Source of the DNA: an uncultured virus (IMG/VR IMGVR_UViG_3300020048_000047)
Taxonomy: Duplodnaviria; Heunggongvirae; Uroviricota; Caudoviricetes
Length of the DNA: 64,000 nucleotides
Direction: 5' to 3' (one strand)
IMG/VR virus record: IMGVR_UViG_3300020048_000047
Coordinates: 1 to 64,000 of that record
Shown here piece after piece: positions 20,556-29,455 of this stretch. A model generated the notes under the pieces. It ran no database searches, had not been told where the DNA came from, and saw only the letters and a list, made by a program, of their open reading frames with translations. The first letter of the stretch is position 1. Each line of letters opens with the position of its first letter. Both the position numbers and the translations under genes were made by a program.

Positions 20556-20900
20556 TTATTTTGTTGCATTTGTTATTTCTTCGACATGTAATAATTCAAC
20601 GTCATCTTCAGTTAATTCGTCAAATTCTTCATCATCTTCGTCATCATATTCATCGTCATCAATATTTTTAGCTTTATTTAAAAGTTTATATAATGCTGGT
20701 ATCATATTAATTTCTTTGTTTAAAACTAACATTTTAAACACATAGAAAATAATACCTAAATTTATTATAGGTAATAAAATTAAAAACAATAAAAAACCAA
20801 AAAATTTTAAACTATAAGTAAAAATATTTTGTGTTAAACTTAATTTAATCGGTTCACCACTTGGTGAAAGATTTGTATTTCCTTTACAATTACACCCCAT
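20556..20900 (-). CDS. Small membrane protein (MGCNCK start, TM segment, acidic tail)
   Basis: 114 aa. Hydrophobic FFGFLLFLILLPIINLGIIFYVF; D/E-rich C-terminus. Confidence 0.6.
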   Translation of the reverse strand: MGCNCKGNTNLSPSGEPIKLSLTQNIFTYSLKFFGFLLFLILLPIINLGIIFYVFKMLVLNKEINMIPALYKLLNKAKNIDDDEYDDEDDEEFDELTEDDVELLHVEEITNATK

Positions 20901-20901
20901 A

Positions 20902-21285
20902 TTAGCTCATTTTTAATTTAGTTTCAATATTTTTTATGCTTTGTTTTAGTTCTAAAACATCATTTTTAAGCATTCTAATATCTTCTTTGTTATTAACCAC
21001 TCTAGGTGCTTCTTGTGTGTTGGCAAGTCTTTTTATCTTTTTATCCATAACTGAAATAGCATTGCGTAATTCAGATAGTGTATTTTTGATTTGAGATATG
21101 GTTTTATTGATGGAATTAACATCAACCTTATTCTTTTTCTCCAATTTATTAACACCTTTGTCAATACTTTCATTTAATAATGAAAAGTCACTAGAAATTT
21201 TACCTAATGACTTATCAATTATTTTAGAAAATGCAATAATTTCTTCTGAAAAAACTATTGGTTTTAATTCGTTTTTTTCTTCCAT
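20902..21285 (-). CDS. Coiled-coil hypothetical protein
   Basis: 127 aa with a heptad pattern. Confidence 0.55.
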   Translation of the reverse strand: MEEKNELKPIVFSEEIIAFSKIIDKSLGKISSDFSLLNESIDKGVNKLEKKNKVDVNSINKTISQIKNTLSELRNAISVMDKKIKRLANTQEAPRVVNNKEDIRMLKNDVLELKQSIKNIETKLKMS

Positions 21286-21332
21286 TTGTTTGTTTTTTAC
21301 AAATATAACGTTTTTTCGTAAATAAGGAAAGC

Positions 21333-23156
21333 TTACGATTTTATTCTAACCTTTATATCTGTAGTCGGGTATTTAACCTCAAACATACTTGTTGGTTCAC
21401 CGAATAAAGTATATTCTTGTGAAATGTCAATTTGTCTTGTTGTATCATCAATATAAGATTGAGAAATTTCATTTACACTATATTTTCCCTCACCCACTTT
21501 ATTATAAACCCTTATTTCTAATACATTTAAAACCCCACCAACATTATTGATTGTTTCAATTAATGATGATAAATAGATATTATCCCCCATTTGATATTTA
21601 TTGATATCCATATGCGTTTTAATATCATTGATAACTTGACTAATTATTTGTGATTGCGGAAATTGTTTATCAATAAATAAATCAACTTCAAAAGAAAGAT
21701 TTATTATTCTACCGTTGGTTATTTGAATATAATCATTTAACATTCTATAATCAGCTAAATATGAAGAAATATTTTCTTTAAGCGTTGTTGTTGATGAATT
21801 GGTTAGTTTACTTTCAGCATCTAACCCTAAAATATAAACTTTAACCTTATTTTGTTCTTCAAAAACACCACATCTGAATGGAACACCATATTTACCTGGC
21901 ATTTGTGCTATTCTAGTTTGATAATCCTTTATTGTAACAGCTCTATTTTGTGATGAGAAATTATATCTGACTAAATTCCTAACTTCTTCAACACTAGGTA
22001 CATCTCTACCACCTAATGCTGGAAATGCATTATTAACAATAAGACTTGATTTAACAGCATTATTTTTAGTTTGGTTTGGACCATTAACCACAAAATTCAT
22101 AAGACCAATTGTATTTAAAACACCAGAACCTAAATTAGAATCAGCCCCACCACCAACACGATATTTAACAAACATAGTAGTATTAGCTTTTGGTGTAACA
22201 CCTAAAGACATATTATTGATAAAATTACCTATTTGGTTAACCAAAGCAGTATTCGTATCAAAATCACAAAGACTACTAGTATCCTGTGTACCACCACCAA
22301 ATATTAGTTTTTTAAAGCCCAAATCAGTGAATTCACTAATAAATTTTCTAGTTACTGAAATCCATTTTCCAGGCAAAATACCAGAATTATCACTAGCTTT
22401 GGTATTATCTGGTATGAATATCTTATCTTCAGCTAAAGCATCCATTTCAAACCATCTATAGTCTAAATTTAAGAATTGGTCAAGACTAGGTGTTTGTGTA
22501 AAATTAGTTCCATCCAATGTAATAACTGAATCAATAGATAATACATTTGTTTCTGGTAATACTATTTCAAAAAAAGGTCTAACATCAGATGCCGAAATTA
22601 TTCGTTTGAAAACTTTAGTAAATCCATTAACAACCATTTCTCTTTTAGTTATTGTATAATTAACTAAAATATTATTCGAGTTAAAATTAGGTATAATAAT
22701 TCTATTAGGTATACCACCAATAGTAAATGGACTTGAGAAATCAATATCATCCATAGTTTCAAATACCTTACCAGCACCAGATACTTGTGAACCAGCTTTA
22801 ATTATTGGTGCATAAGAAACATCAAATGTATCCCCAAAAACTGGAAGGGTTACTGAAAAATCTACAATAGTTACACTAGGTCGTTTACCTGGAATTTTAA
22901 GACCAAAAGTTCTAGCCATCGAAAGAATCGATTTGCGTTCTTGTGCGTAATCAATTTGTGTCTCTTGGAACATTCTATCAATGTTAACTGAAAGCATGTC
23001 ACCAATAGCCGCATTTAGCTCTAAAAGCATCATACCGACACTAGCATCATTATAGTCATTAAAAATATCTGGGTAGTATTGTCTAACCATATTTATTAAA
23101 TCAGCACGAATATCAGCGAAGTTACGTGAAGTATAATTTATTCCTGTGTTTGCCAT
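21333..23156 (-). CDS. Baseplate wedge protein (T4 gp6 / baseplate J-like)
   Basis: YTSRNFADIRADLI, YRVGGGADSN and SQNRAVTIKDY are gp6/J motifs; adjacent to a gp25-like gene. Confidence 0.85.
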   Translation of the reverse strand: MANTGINYTSRNFADIRADLINMVRQYYPDIFNDYNDASVGMMLLELNAAIGDMLSVNIDRMFQETQIDYAQERKSILSMARTFGLKIPGKRPSVTIVDFSVTLPVFGDTFDVSYAPIIKAGSQVSGAGKVFETMDDIDFSSPFTIGGIPNRIIIPNFNSNNILVNYTITKREMVVNGFTKVFKRIISASDVRPFFEIVLPETNVLSIDSVITLDGTNFTQTPSLDQFLNLDYRWFEMDALAEDKIFIPDNTKASDNSGILPGKWISVTRKFISEFTDLGFKKLIFGGGTQDTSSLCDFDTNTALVNQIGNFINNMSLGVTPKANTTMFVKYRVGGGADSNLGSGVLNTIGLMNFVVNGPNQTKNNAVKSSLIVNNAFPALGGRDVPSVEEVRNLVRYNFSSQNRAVTIKDYQTRIAQMPGKYGVPFRCGVFEEQNKVKVYILGLDAESKLTNSSTTTLKENISSYLADYRMLNDYIQITNGRIINLSFEVDLFIDKQFPQSQIISQVINDIKTHMDINKYQMGDNIYLSSLIETINNVGGVLNVLEIRVYNKVGEGKYSVNEISQSYIDDTTRQIDISQEYTLFGEPTSMFEVKYPTTDIKVRIKS

Positions 23157-23157
23157 A

Positions 23158-23538
23158 TTAAATTTTAATTGTTACGAAATCTGTTGATACGAATACATCA
23201 TCAGTTATTGTGTAGTTTATATTTACAACAGCCGCATATTCGCTTTCTTCTGATTGCTCAACTGCTATATTAGTTATTGTTAATCTTGGTAAATATTTTT
23301 TAACAACATTAGTTAATTCTTCTTTAATTCCACTAAGTGTCATATCATCTTCTGGTTCGAAAATAAACTTTAATAAATTGGTACCAAAATCTGGATTATA
23401 TAATCTTTGACCCCTTCTTGTTAATATTAAATGCATAAGGTCGGCTTTGATAGCAACATTCTGGTCAGAATTTAAATCTAAAAAGAAACCAGCATCGCTG
23501 TTTTTAAAGGGATAGTTTATATTTATGTATTTTGCCAT
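23158..23538 (-). CDS. Baseplate wedge subunit gp25-like
   Basis: IKADLMHLILTRRGQRLYNPDFGTNL is the GPW/gp25 signature. Confidence 0.9.
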   Translation of the reverse strand: MAKYININYPFKNSDAGFFLDLNSDQNVAIKADLMHLILTRRGQRLYNPDFGTNLLKFIFEPEDDMTLSGIKEELTNVVKKYLPRLTITNIAVEQSEESEYAAVVNINYTITDDVFVSTDFVTIKI

Positions 23539-23591
23539 ATTGTTCTTTATTTGATAAATATAATACGAAAGTGTTTTTGTAAGTAAATATT

Positions 23592-23628
23592 AAATAAAAA
23601 AAGGGGCACTTAGCCCCTTTTTATTTTT
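23592..23628 (-). terminator. Rho-independent terminator
   Basis: AAAAAAAGGGGC-ACTTA-GCCCCTTTTT hairpin with flanking A/T tracts. Confidence 0.8.
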
Positions 23629-23639
23629 AAATAATTTAT

Positions 23640-23687
23640 TTAACTCACAATTAAATCTTTTTTGTCGATGTCAATTTCGCAAGCACC
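23640..23687 (-). pseudogene. Displaced original 3' end of nrdJ (GACEIDIDKKDLIVS*)
   Basis: 16 codons. 10 of 15 aa are identical to the current NrdJ terminus GACLVDIDTKDLIRQ* (24358-24405), and the length is the same. Confidence 0.8.
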
Positions 23688-23690
23688 AAA

Positions 23691-24257
23691 CTATTCATTA
23701 TTTTTAGCAACTAATTTACACATTTCAATAAAATGTTCTTGTGGGTAAATCCTTTTCATCATATTAATATCTTTATGTACCCATTGGACATTTCCTTTAA
23801 TATAGCCTTTATCCGAATCGATTCTATCTAATGATGCTGTTGCTATTTTATAATCTTTTGTGTTATTTGTATCTGGAAATGTCAATATAAGACCAGATAA
23901 CGCACATTTTCTCTCTTGTTCTAAAAATAATATCCATACATATTGTAAATCAATATTTATTTCTTTAATCTTTCTAGTTCCTTTTGAACCATTTGCTGAA
24001 CGAATTACTTTATTATAAAACCAATCAGCACTTATTTCACCAACACCTTTCCAATGTGGAGATTTAACACCAGCTGGTGGTTTATAACAACCACAACTAG
24101 AATATCGACTTCTTCTTAATGAAGTACCTGTTCGTTTAGTGGTTTTACCGCATTTACAAATACATTCATATATAATATGACCAGCTCCTGTAACACCAAA
24201 TTCTTTTATTACAGTAAGGTGACCAAAATTTTTATTTATCATGTCTATTTTTTCCAT
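23691..24257 (-). CDS. Free-standing HNH/endonuclease VII-like homing endonuclease
   Basis: N-terminal FGHLTVI..CICKCG..SCGC; C-terminal KCALSG..ASLDRIDSDKGYIKGNVQWVHKDINMMK. Confidence 0.8.
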   Translation of the reverse strand: MEKIDMINKNFGHLTVIKEFGVTGAGHIIYECICKCGKTTKRTGTSLRRSRYSSCGCYKPPAGVKSPHWKGVGEISADWFYNKVIRSANGSKGTRKIKEINIDLQYVWILFLEQERKCALSGLILTFPDTNNTKDYKIATASLDRIDSDKGYIKGNVQWVHKDINMMKRIYPQEHFIEMCKLVAKNNE

Positions 24258-24304
24258 ACTTCACAAGTTTATATTATAAATATATCAATAACTATTGTGA
24301 AGTA
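24257..24304 (-). promoter_or_regulatory. Hairpin sequestering the HNH start, with the ATATTTAT motif in its loop
   Basis: Perfect 10-bp inverted repeat TACTTCACAA (24257-24266) / TTGTGAAGTA (24295-24304) that includes the A of ATG. Motif at 24276-24283. Confidence 0.65.
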
Positions 24305-24310
24305 AATACT

Positions 24311-24347
24311 AAAAAAAAAGTAGAGAAATTTCTCTACTTTTTTTTTT
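24311..24347 (-). terminator. Rho-independent terminator after nrdJ
   Basis: A9-GTAGAGAAATTTCTCTAC-T10 palindrome. Confidence 0.8.
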
Positions 24348-24357
24348 AATAATTGGA

Positions 24358-26355
24358 TTACTGTCTAATTAAATCTTTTGTATCAATATCAACAAGACAA
24401 GCACCGCCACTGCAAGCTAATTCTCCACTCAAATCTGTGTTATCAGACATTTCAATAACCTTAGTTAAATCAACCAATGATAAAGATTCCATCATTTTAT
24501 CATAAGTTTCTTTGCTACAATCCTCAAAAGGAGCTTGAATATAACTTCCACCATCATAAGGTAATACAGAAATACCATTGAATGTATCTCTATTTCTCCA
24601 CATCCATTCACCAACTGCTGGCCATTCATTTATTTTATAAATGATACTACCATCATTATTCCTTCTATCCTCGAAGATTGGTTTACCATTACCATCTAAT
24701 ATCTGATTGCCATTCTCGTCTATTTTAGATGCCTTTTCTGACTTCTTCTTGATTGAAACAGTTACAGACACATTATGGGTATTTTGACCGTCTCTGTGAC
24801 CTCCTTTGACCCATTTAGTATTAAACAACTTAACACGTTCTAATAATTGCATTGGAGATTCAAATCTGAAGATAGAACCTTCTGGTGCTTTAACTGGAAC
24901 CGATATTACAGCTTGTTCTTTTGGTTTGAAATATTCATCTTCAATTAATTCTGGGTGATATATTGAAAGATAGCTATAAATTGCTTCGTTTTTGCCAACA
25001 CGAATTCTTCTAACATAATAATTATTATGCCATGCATGAACACCAGAAGAAGTTCCTAAAACCAATGAAGATGTTCCAGATGGTTTAACAGTTGTACTTC
25101 TAGCTGATTTATTGATACCGATTAGTTTAGCAACTCTTTCGTTTTCTTTCATTACAACTTTAGCCGCAGCTTCTAAGTCATATTTCATTACTTCACCAGA
25201 ACCAATACCTGTCATTCCAACACCGATTAAAGCATCTTTTTCAGTTGTACGTTTCCAAATATCTCTTAAATAATGAAAATTGGTATAACCAGCTTGAAGA
25301 GTTCCGATTAGTGAAGCCGCTTTTACTCTAGCTTCAAGGTCTTCTTGTGATGTAACATCTGAAGCATTGATTTCACATAGATTACAGAATTGATAAGGTC
25401 TTAATGCTATTTCGCAGCATGGGTTTGTCCCCCAGTCTTTATCATTAGAAAAATACACACCTGGTTCCCCAGAGCCACTTTCCTCAATCTTTTTCCATAA
25501 ATCCAAAAACTTATCTTCAGTAATCTTATGTCTAAGAATAACCGCTGAGTTATTTGCTCTACCACGTTGAGGGTTTAATTCATACCAAGCACCAAATTTA
25601 GCACCTAACATTTCTTCATCGTCTAATGAGAATAAAGAAATCAAAGCAGCTCTACGAATTCCACCAGTTAATACGGCATCTGCAATAAAACAAATAATAT
25701 CATGAACTTCAAGTGAAGTTAATTTAGTACCATCTTCTTTTGCATCTAGAATCTTTTTAATGTTGTGAACACAGTCTTTAAGTGGTTGTGGACCTGGTGC
25801 TTTACCACCGCTAGTAACTAATAACGAGCCTTTTTGACGAATATCTGAATAATCAAAATCTGGTGTTGAAAGACCTTCAAAATATGCTCTCATAAGCGTT
25901 TTGATTGTATCGGCCCAACCTTCAATAGAATCACCTATAAGGAATCTACGACTTCTGCTAGGGTTTGGTTTGCGAATTTCTGGTAATTGTTCAATGTGAT
26001 GTGTTTGCACAGAGAATCCGACACCTGTACCACCTAATAGTAAGAACATAATTTCACTAAATGCTCTCCAATCATCTATCGGTGCATAAGCACAATTATA
26101 AATTCTATTAGGACTTATTTCTATAGGTTTTCCCCCAAATTGTAATGAACGCATCGATGGTAAAACTTTTTTATCATACACCATTTTGTACGCTTCTTCA
26201 ATTTCCTCAGCAATTTGAGTATACTTTTTTTGGTGCATTTCTTTATTTCTCGTAACCAATTCATACCATGTTTCTCTTCGTTGTTCTTTTGGTAGGTATT
26301 TGGCATACTTCATATGGACAGTAATGTCCGATAATATACTTGTTGATAAATCCAT
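24358..26355 (-). CDS. nrdJ: Class II (adenosylcobalamin-dependent) ribonucleotide reductase
   Basis: LPSMRSLQFGG, YNCAY, GGIRRAALISL, GTNPCCEI, TTVKPSGTSSL and C-terminal CSGGAC. No small-subunit gene is nearby. Confidence 0.9.
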   Translation of the reverse strand: MDLSTSILSDITVHMKYAKYLPKEQRRETWYELVTRNKEMHQKKYTQIAEEIEEAYKMVYDKKVLPSMRSLQFGGKPIEISPNRIYNCAYAPIDDWRAFSEIMFLLLGGTGVGFSVQTHHIEQLPEIRKPNPSRSRRFLIGDSIEGWADTIKTLMRAYFEGLSTPDFDYSDIRQKGSLLVTSGGKAPGPQPLKDCVHNIKKILDAKEDGTKLTSLEVHDIICFIADAVLTGGIRRAALISLFSLDDEEMLGAKFGAWYELNPQRGRANNSAVILRHKITEDKFLDLWKKIEESGSGEPGVYFSNDKDWGTNPCCEIALRPYQFCNLCEINASDVTSQEDLEARVKAASLIGTLQAGYTNFHYLRDIWKRTTEKDALIGVGMTGIGSGEVMKYDLEAAAKVVMKENERVAKLIGINKSARSTTVKPSGTSSLVLGTSSGVHAWHNNYYVRRIRVGKNEAIYSYLSIYHPELIEDEYFKPKEQAVISVPVKAPEGSIFRFESPMQLLERVKLFNTKWVKGGHRDGQNTHNVSVTVSIKKKSEKASKIDENGNQILDGNGKPIFEDRRNNDGSIIYKINEWPAVGEWMWRNRDTFNGISVLPYDGGSYIQAPFEDCSKETYDKMMESLSLVDLTKVIEMSDNTDLSGELACSGGACLVDIDTKDLIRQ

Positions 26356-26390
26356 TATTTATTTTTTTTTTATTATTGTTATTATTACGG

Positions 26391-27788
26391 TTATTCCGTG
26401 TCTTTAATTCTTGCTCTATTGGTAAAAACACTAGTAATTCTTTCTTGGTCTTTACCATCTAGTATTTTTTTAGTTTCTGTTCTAGTTTTACCCATAGTAT
26501 TACCCTCGGTCATATCAATTTGTACCCTTGAATTATCAAAAACAATATCAGTGAAAACCATACCATCATCACCAAATCTAGATTTAAGAACAGCCATTGT
26601 TGCAGTTTTAGCCTCTTTTTGGTCTATTGTTTTTGAAACAGATACAATAAAGTGACCAATCATTGCTTTTTTGATTGAACCAGCCATTTGGTCAGCTTCA
26701 ACAACACCACCCTTGATAGAACTTCTATTACCTTGTACTGCGGTCCAACCAGCTATATCTAATTCAAATAACATACTTTCAAACTGTCTCATTACACTAC
26801 CTTCACCAATATTGGAATCTTCATAATGTTTTGATGGTTGAACGCAATCAATATAATCTAATAAAACTAAATCTGGTCTAAACCCTTGTGCTATTAATTT
26901 TCTGATATATTGTCTAATAACTGGAATTGTTGTACCGTCACTAGCAAACTTCTTTAATTTTAATAAACCCTTTGATTTCGATTCCATATCAGCAACCATT
27001 TCCATGATTTCATTTTCATGTAGCGTTAAGCTATTCAAATCGTAATTAGACCAACAAGCAAGATGTTTTCTTTGAATAATTTTTGGTGTATCTTCAAAAA
27101 ATATTTGTAAAACCTTATGACCATCATTCATAGCTGTATTAGCCAACTTGGTCATCATAGTTGTTTTACCAACACCTGTAGCCGCTAATATAATTGCTAA
27201 CTCACCCTTAGAAATCCCACCGTCCATTATTTCATCAAGACCTTTTATACCAGTACGAATTGGTTTTCTATAGTCATTAACTAAAACAGCTTTAATATTA
27301 TCAAAAACATCGATGCCATCATCTCTGTTATCACCATGTTCTAGAGCTTTCCTAAGAATAAGTTCACACTGGTCATAATTTTCTAAGTCACCTTTGTCTA
27401 TGATTTTTTGAATTTCTTTGATTGATTTTTTAAGTTCTTGTTGTTTACAGAACTTCATTGCGATATCTTGAACCTTTAGGGTATCATTTAAATTCGCTTC
27501 TTGTATCTTACGAAGCTGTGTAAGGACGAATCTTCTTTGTACATCGTCCTTCACATCTTCTAATAATCTAATTTCAAGGCTACCGATATCTGGTATAACA
27601 TCATCTTTCGCTTTAGCATCTTTTACGGTTGCCGCAATGATTCTGATATATGGGTCTTCGAAATAATTAGGGTCTACTATATCAATAATTGAATTGGCAA
27701 ACTTTCTGTCTGTCAAAATTTGCACCATTAAACGTAATTGATATTCAAAACCTAAGTAACCTAATGTATCTCTATTTATTTTAGCCAT
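26391..27788 (-). CDS. Replicative DNA helicase (DnaB / T4 gp41-like)
   Basis: Walker A AATGVGKTT, LVLLDYID, WTAVQGNR, LKSRFG. Confidence 0.9.
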   Translation of the reverse strand: MAKINRDTLGYLGFEYQLRLMVQILTDRKFANSIIDIVDPNYFEDPYIRIIAATVKDAKAKDDVIPDIGSLEIRLLEDVKDDVQRRFVLTQLRKIQEANLNDTLKVQDIAMKFCKQQELKKSIKEIQKIIDKGDLENYDQCELILRKALEHGDNRDDGIDVFDNIKAVLVNDYRKPIRTGIKGLDEIMDGGISKGELAIILAATGVGKTTMMTKLANTAMNDGHKVLQIFFEDTPKIIQRKHLACWSNYDLNSLTLHENEIMEMVADMESKSKGLLKLKKFASDGTTIPVIRQYIRKLIAQGFRPDLVLLDYIDCVQPSKHYEDSNIGEGSVMRQFESMLFELDIAGWTAVQGNRSSIKGGVVEADQMAGSIKKAMIGHFIVSVSKTIDQKEAKTATMAVLKSRFGDDGMVFTDIVFDNSRVQIDMTEGNTMGKTRTETKKILDGKDQERITSVFTNRARIKDTE

Positions 27789-27837
27789 ATACTCTTTTTC
27801 TTTCTTCTTTTAAAAACTATTGTTATATTAAATATCT

Positions 27838-27864
27838 AAAAGTAGTGGTTAAGCCACTACTTTT
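27838..27864 (-). terminator. Possible terminator hairpin
   Basis: AAAAGTAGTGG-TTAAG-CCACTACTTTT, overlapping the stop of the upstream gene. Confidence 0.5.
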
Positions 27865-28349
27865 TTATATTTTTTTTGACTTAGAAAATTTCTAATCTCA
27901 GTCATAATAGCTGGGATTATTTCTCTAACATCTACGGCATATCTAACCTTAGGTTGGAAAAAATTACCAGAAAAGCCACTCTTAGCAACAGAAATTTTAT
28001 CGATTTTTATTTCGAATTGAAAGTTGTCAATCTTGTCCCAAATATTTTTTGTTGGTTCTTCAGATTGAGGTAAATATGGTTTATAATTATCCCATAAATA
28101 ATCAATCGATTTGTTTTTTAGGTAATTAGGTATAATACCCAATTCACCAATACTACCGTTATTCATCCCAACGATATTTTTCATCAATTCGTTCAATTCA
28201 AGTGAACTCGCAGAATCCTCGTTAAAATCACGAATGTTGAAATATCTTTGACAAATAATATTATCATTGATGTAAAGGATAAACTCAAATCTTTGTTCTT
28301 CAATCTTTTTGATTGTGTTAGCTGGAGCAGCTGTGTTTGTTGTTGTCAT
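27849..28349 (-). CDS. Hypothetical protein in the replication cluster
   Basis: Likely start is MTTTNT at 28349, after an A-rich leader. Confidence 0.65.
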   Translation of the reverse strand: MTTTNTAAPANTIKKIEEQRFEFILYINDNIICQRYFNIRDFNEDSASSLELNELMKNIVGMNNGSIGELGIIPNYLKNKSIDYLWDNYKPYLPQSEEPTKNIWDKIDNFQFEIKIDKISVAKSGFSGNFFQPKVRYAVDVREIIPAIMTEIRNFLSQKKYKKVVA

Positions 28350-28368
28350 TTTTTGTTTTTTTAAATTG

Positions 28369-29427
28369 TTAATAAATACTTTTTTCTCTTTGAACCAGTT
28401 TTTTAAATGGTATGATGTAATCATCATATCTTAGGGTACCGATTGCTTCTTTTAACCCATCTCTTTCCATATATTCGTATATGTCTTTAAATTCTATATC
28501 ATCAGTAATTGTTGTTCCAGTAATTAATTCTTCTAATGCTTTAATACCATCCTCAGTCATAAATGGGTTTTTAAGATTAACTAACTGTTCATTTATTTCA
28601 TACAACCGATTACCTTGAATACCGTCAGTTACCACATTTATAATGTTATCAAACACCTTAAGTGGTTTTAGTTTTTTTGAAATTCTTTCTTCTTGTTGTT
28701 TTTTTGCACTATCAATAATTTCGTTTAGTGTAACTTTCCTTTCTTTTATTTCTGGGAAATGGGTTAATAATGTTGGTTCTTTAACTCCTTTTATACCTTT
28801 GATACTATCGCTGTTATCACCAGCAATTGTTTTTAGTAAAACTGAGTTCTCTTGATTATGGCAAAAATACGAAGAATAATTGAGACTGTCAACATAATCC
28901 TTGATTATTTTATCACAAAAATAAACTCTTACATCTTTATTGATTAATTGGCACATGTCTCGGTCATTTGAGACGATAGTAATTTTTTCGTTTTCTTCTT
29001 TATTTAGACAGTAATATGCGATAAAATCATCACCTTCGATAATCTCATCTTTTAGTTGTCTAATGTATAAAGCATTTAAGTAATCCCATAAAACTCTGCG
29101 TTGGGATAGTTCTGATTCATCTATTGGTTGGGTACCATTTACAAAATCTTTTCCTCTTCCGATTTTATAATCTTTATAGATTTCGTATCTTAGCTTGCCG
29201 CTAAAATTTCCGTCCCAAAATACATACACTCTATGATAAAGGTCTTCTACTAAAACCTTTCTAAGATGTGTCATAAATTGGTAAATACCACCGATATGGT
29301 GGCCATCTTTGTTATACAAATCCTTGGCCCCGAAAAGCCCTGTTTTAAACAGAGCGTTTCCGTCAACCAATAATGTATTTTGTATTTTTACTTGTTTTTC
29401 ACCGTTACGTGGTGGTCGTTTGTTCAT
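28369..29427 (-). CDS. 5'-3' exonuclease / flap endonuclease (T4 RNase H-like)
   Basis: LLVDGNAL, VFWDG, YKIGR, EGDDFIA, IVSNDRDMCQL, GDNSDSIKGIKGV. Confidence 0.9.
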   Translation of the reverse strand: MNKRPPRNGEKQVKIQNTLLVDGNALFKTGLFGAKDLYNKDGHHIGGIYQFMTHLRKVLVEDLYHRVYVFWDGNFSGKLRYEIYKDYKIGRGKDFVNGTQPIDESELSQRRVLWDYLNALYIRQLKDEIIEGDDFIAYYCLNKEENEKITIVSNDRDMCQLINKDVRVYFCDKIIKDYVDSLNYSSYFCHNQENSVLLKTIAGDNSDSIKGIKGVKEPTLLTHFPEIKERKVTLNEIIDSAKKQQEERISKKLKPLKVFDNIINVVTDGIQGNRLYEINEQLVNLKNPFMTEDGIKALEELITGTTITDDIEFKDIYEYMERDGLKEAIGTLRYDDYIIPFKKLVQREKSIY

Positions 29428-29455
29428 TTTTGAACGTTTAAAAGGTTAATACTAG

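Larger units (their letters stand above)
23640..24405 (-). mobile_element. Intron-less homing endonuclease cassette inserted in the nrdJ 3' end
   Basis: Diverged duplicate nrdJ termini flank a unit made of a terminator, a promoter motif and the HNH gene. Confidence 0.7.

Noticed and set aside
23688..24405. Group I intron in nrdJ
   Set aside because: The upstream gene is already complete with a stop and terminator. The non-coding part is only about 100 nt and AT-rich, with no room for a ribozyme core, and the base before the downstream copy is not the required G.
24630..24750. Intein in NrdJ
   Set aside because: Too short, and it lacks the N-terminal Cys/Ser and C-terminal His-Asn-(C/S/T) motifs.
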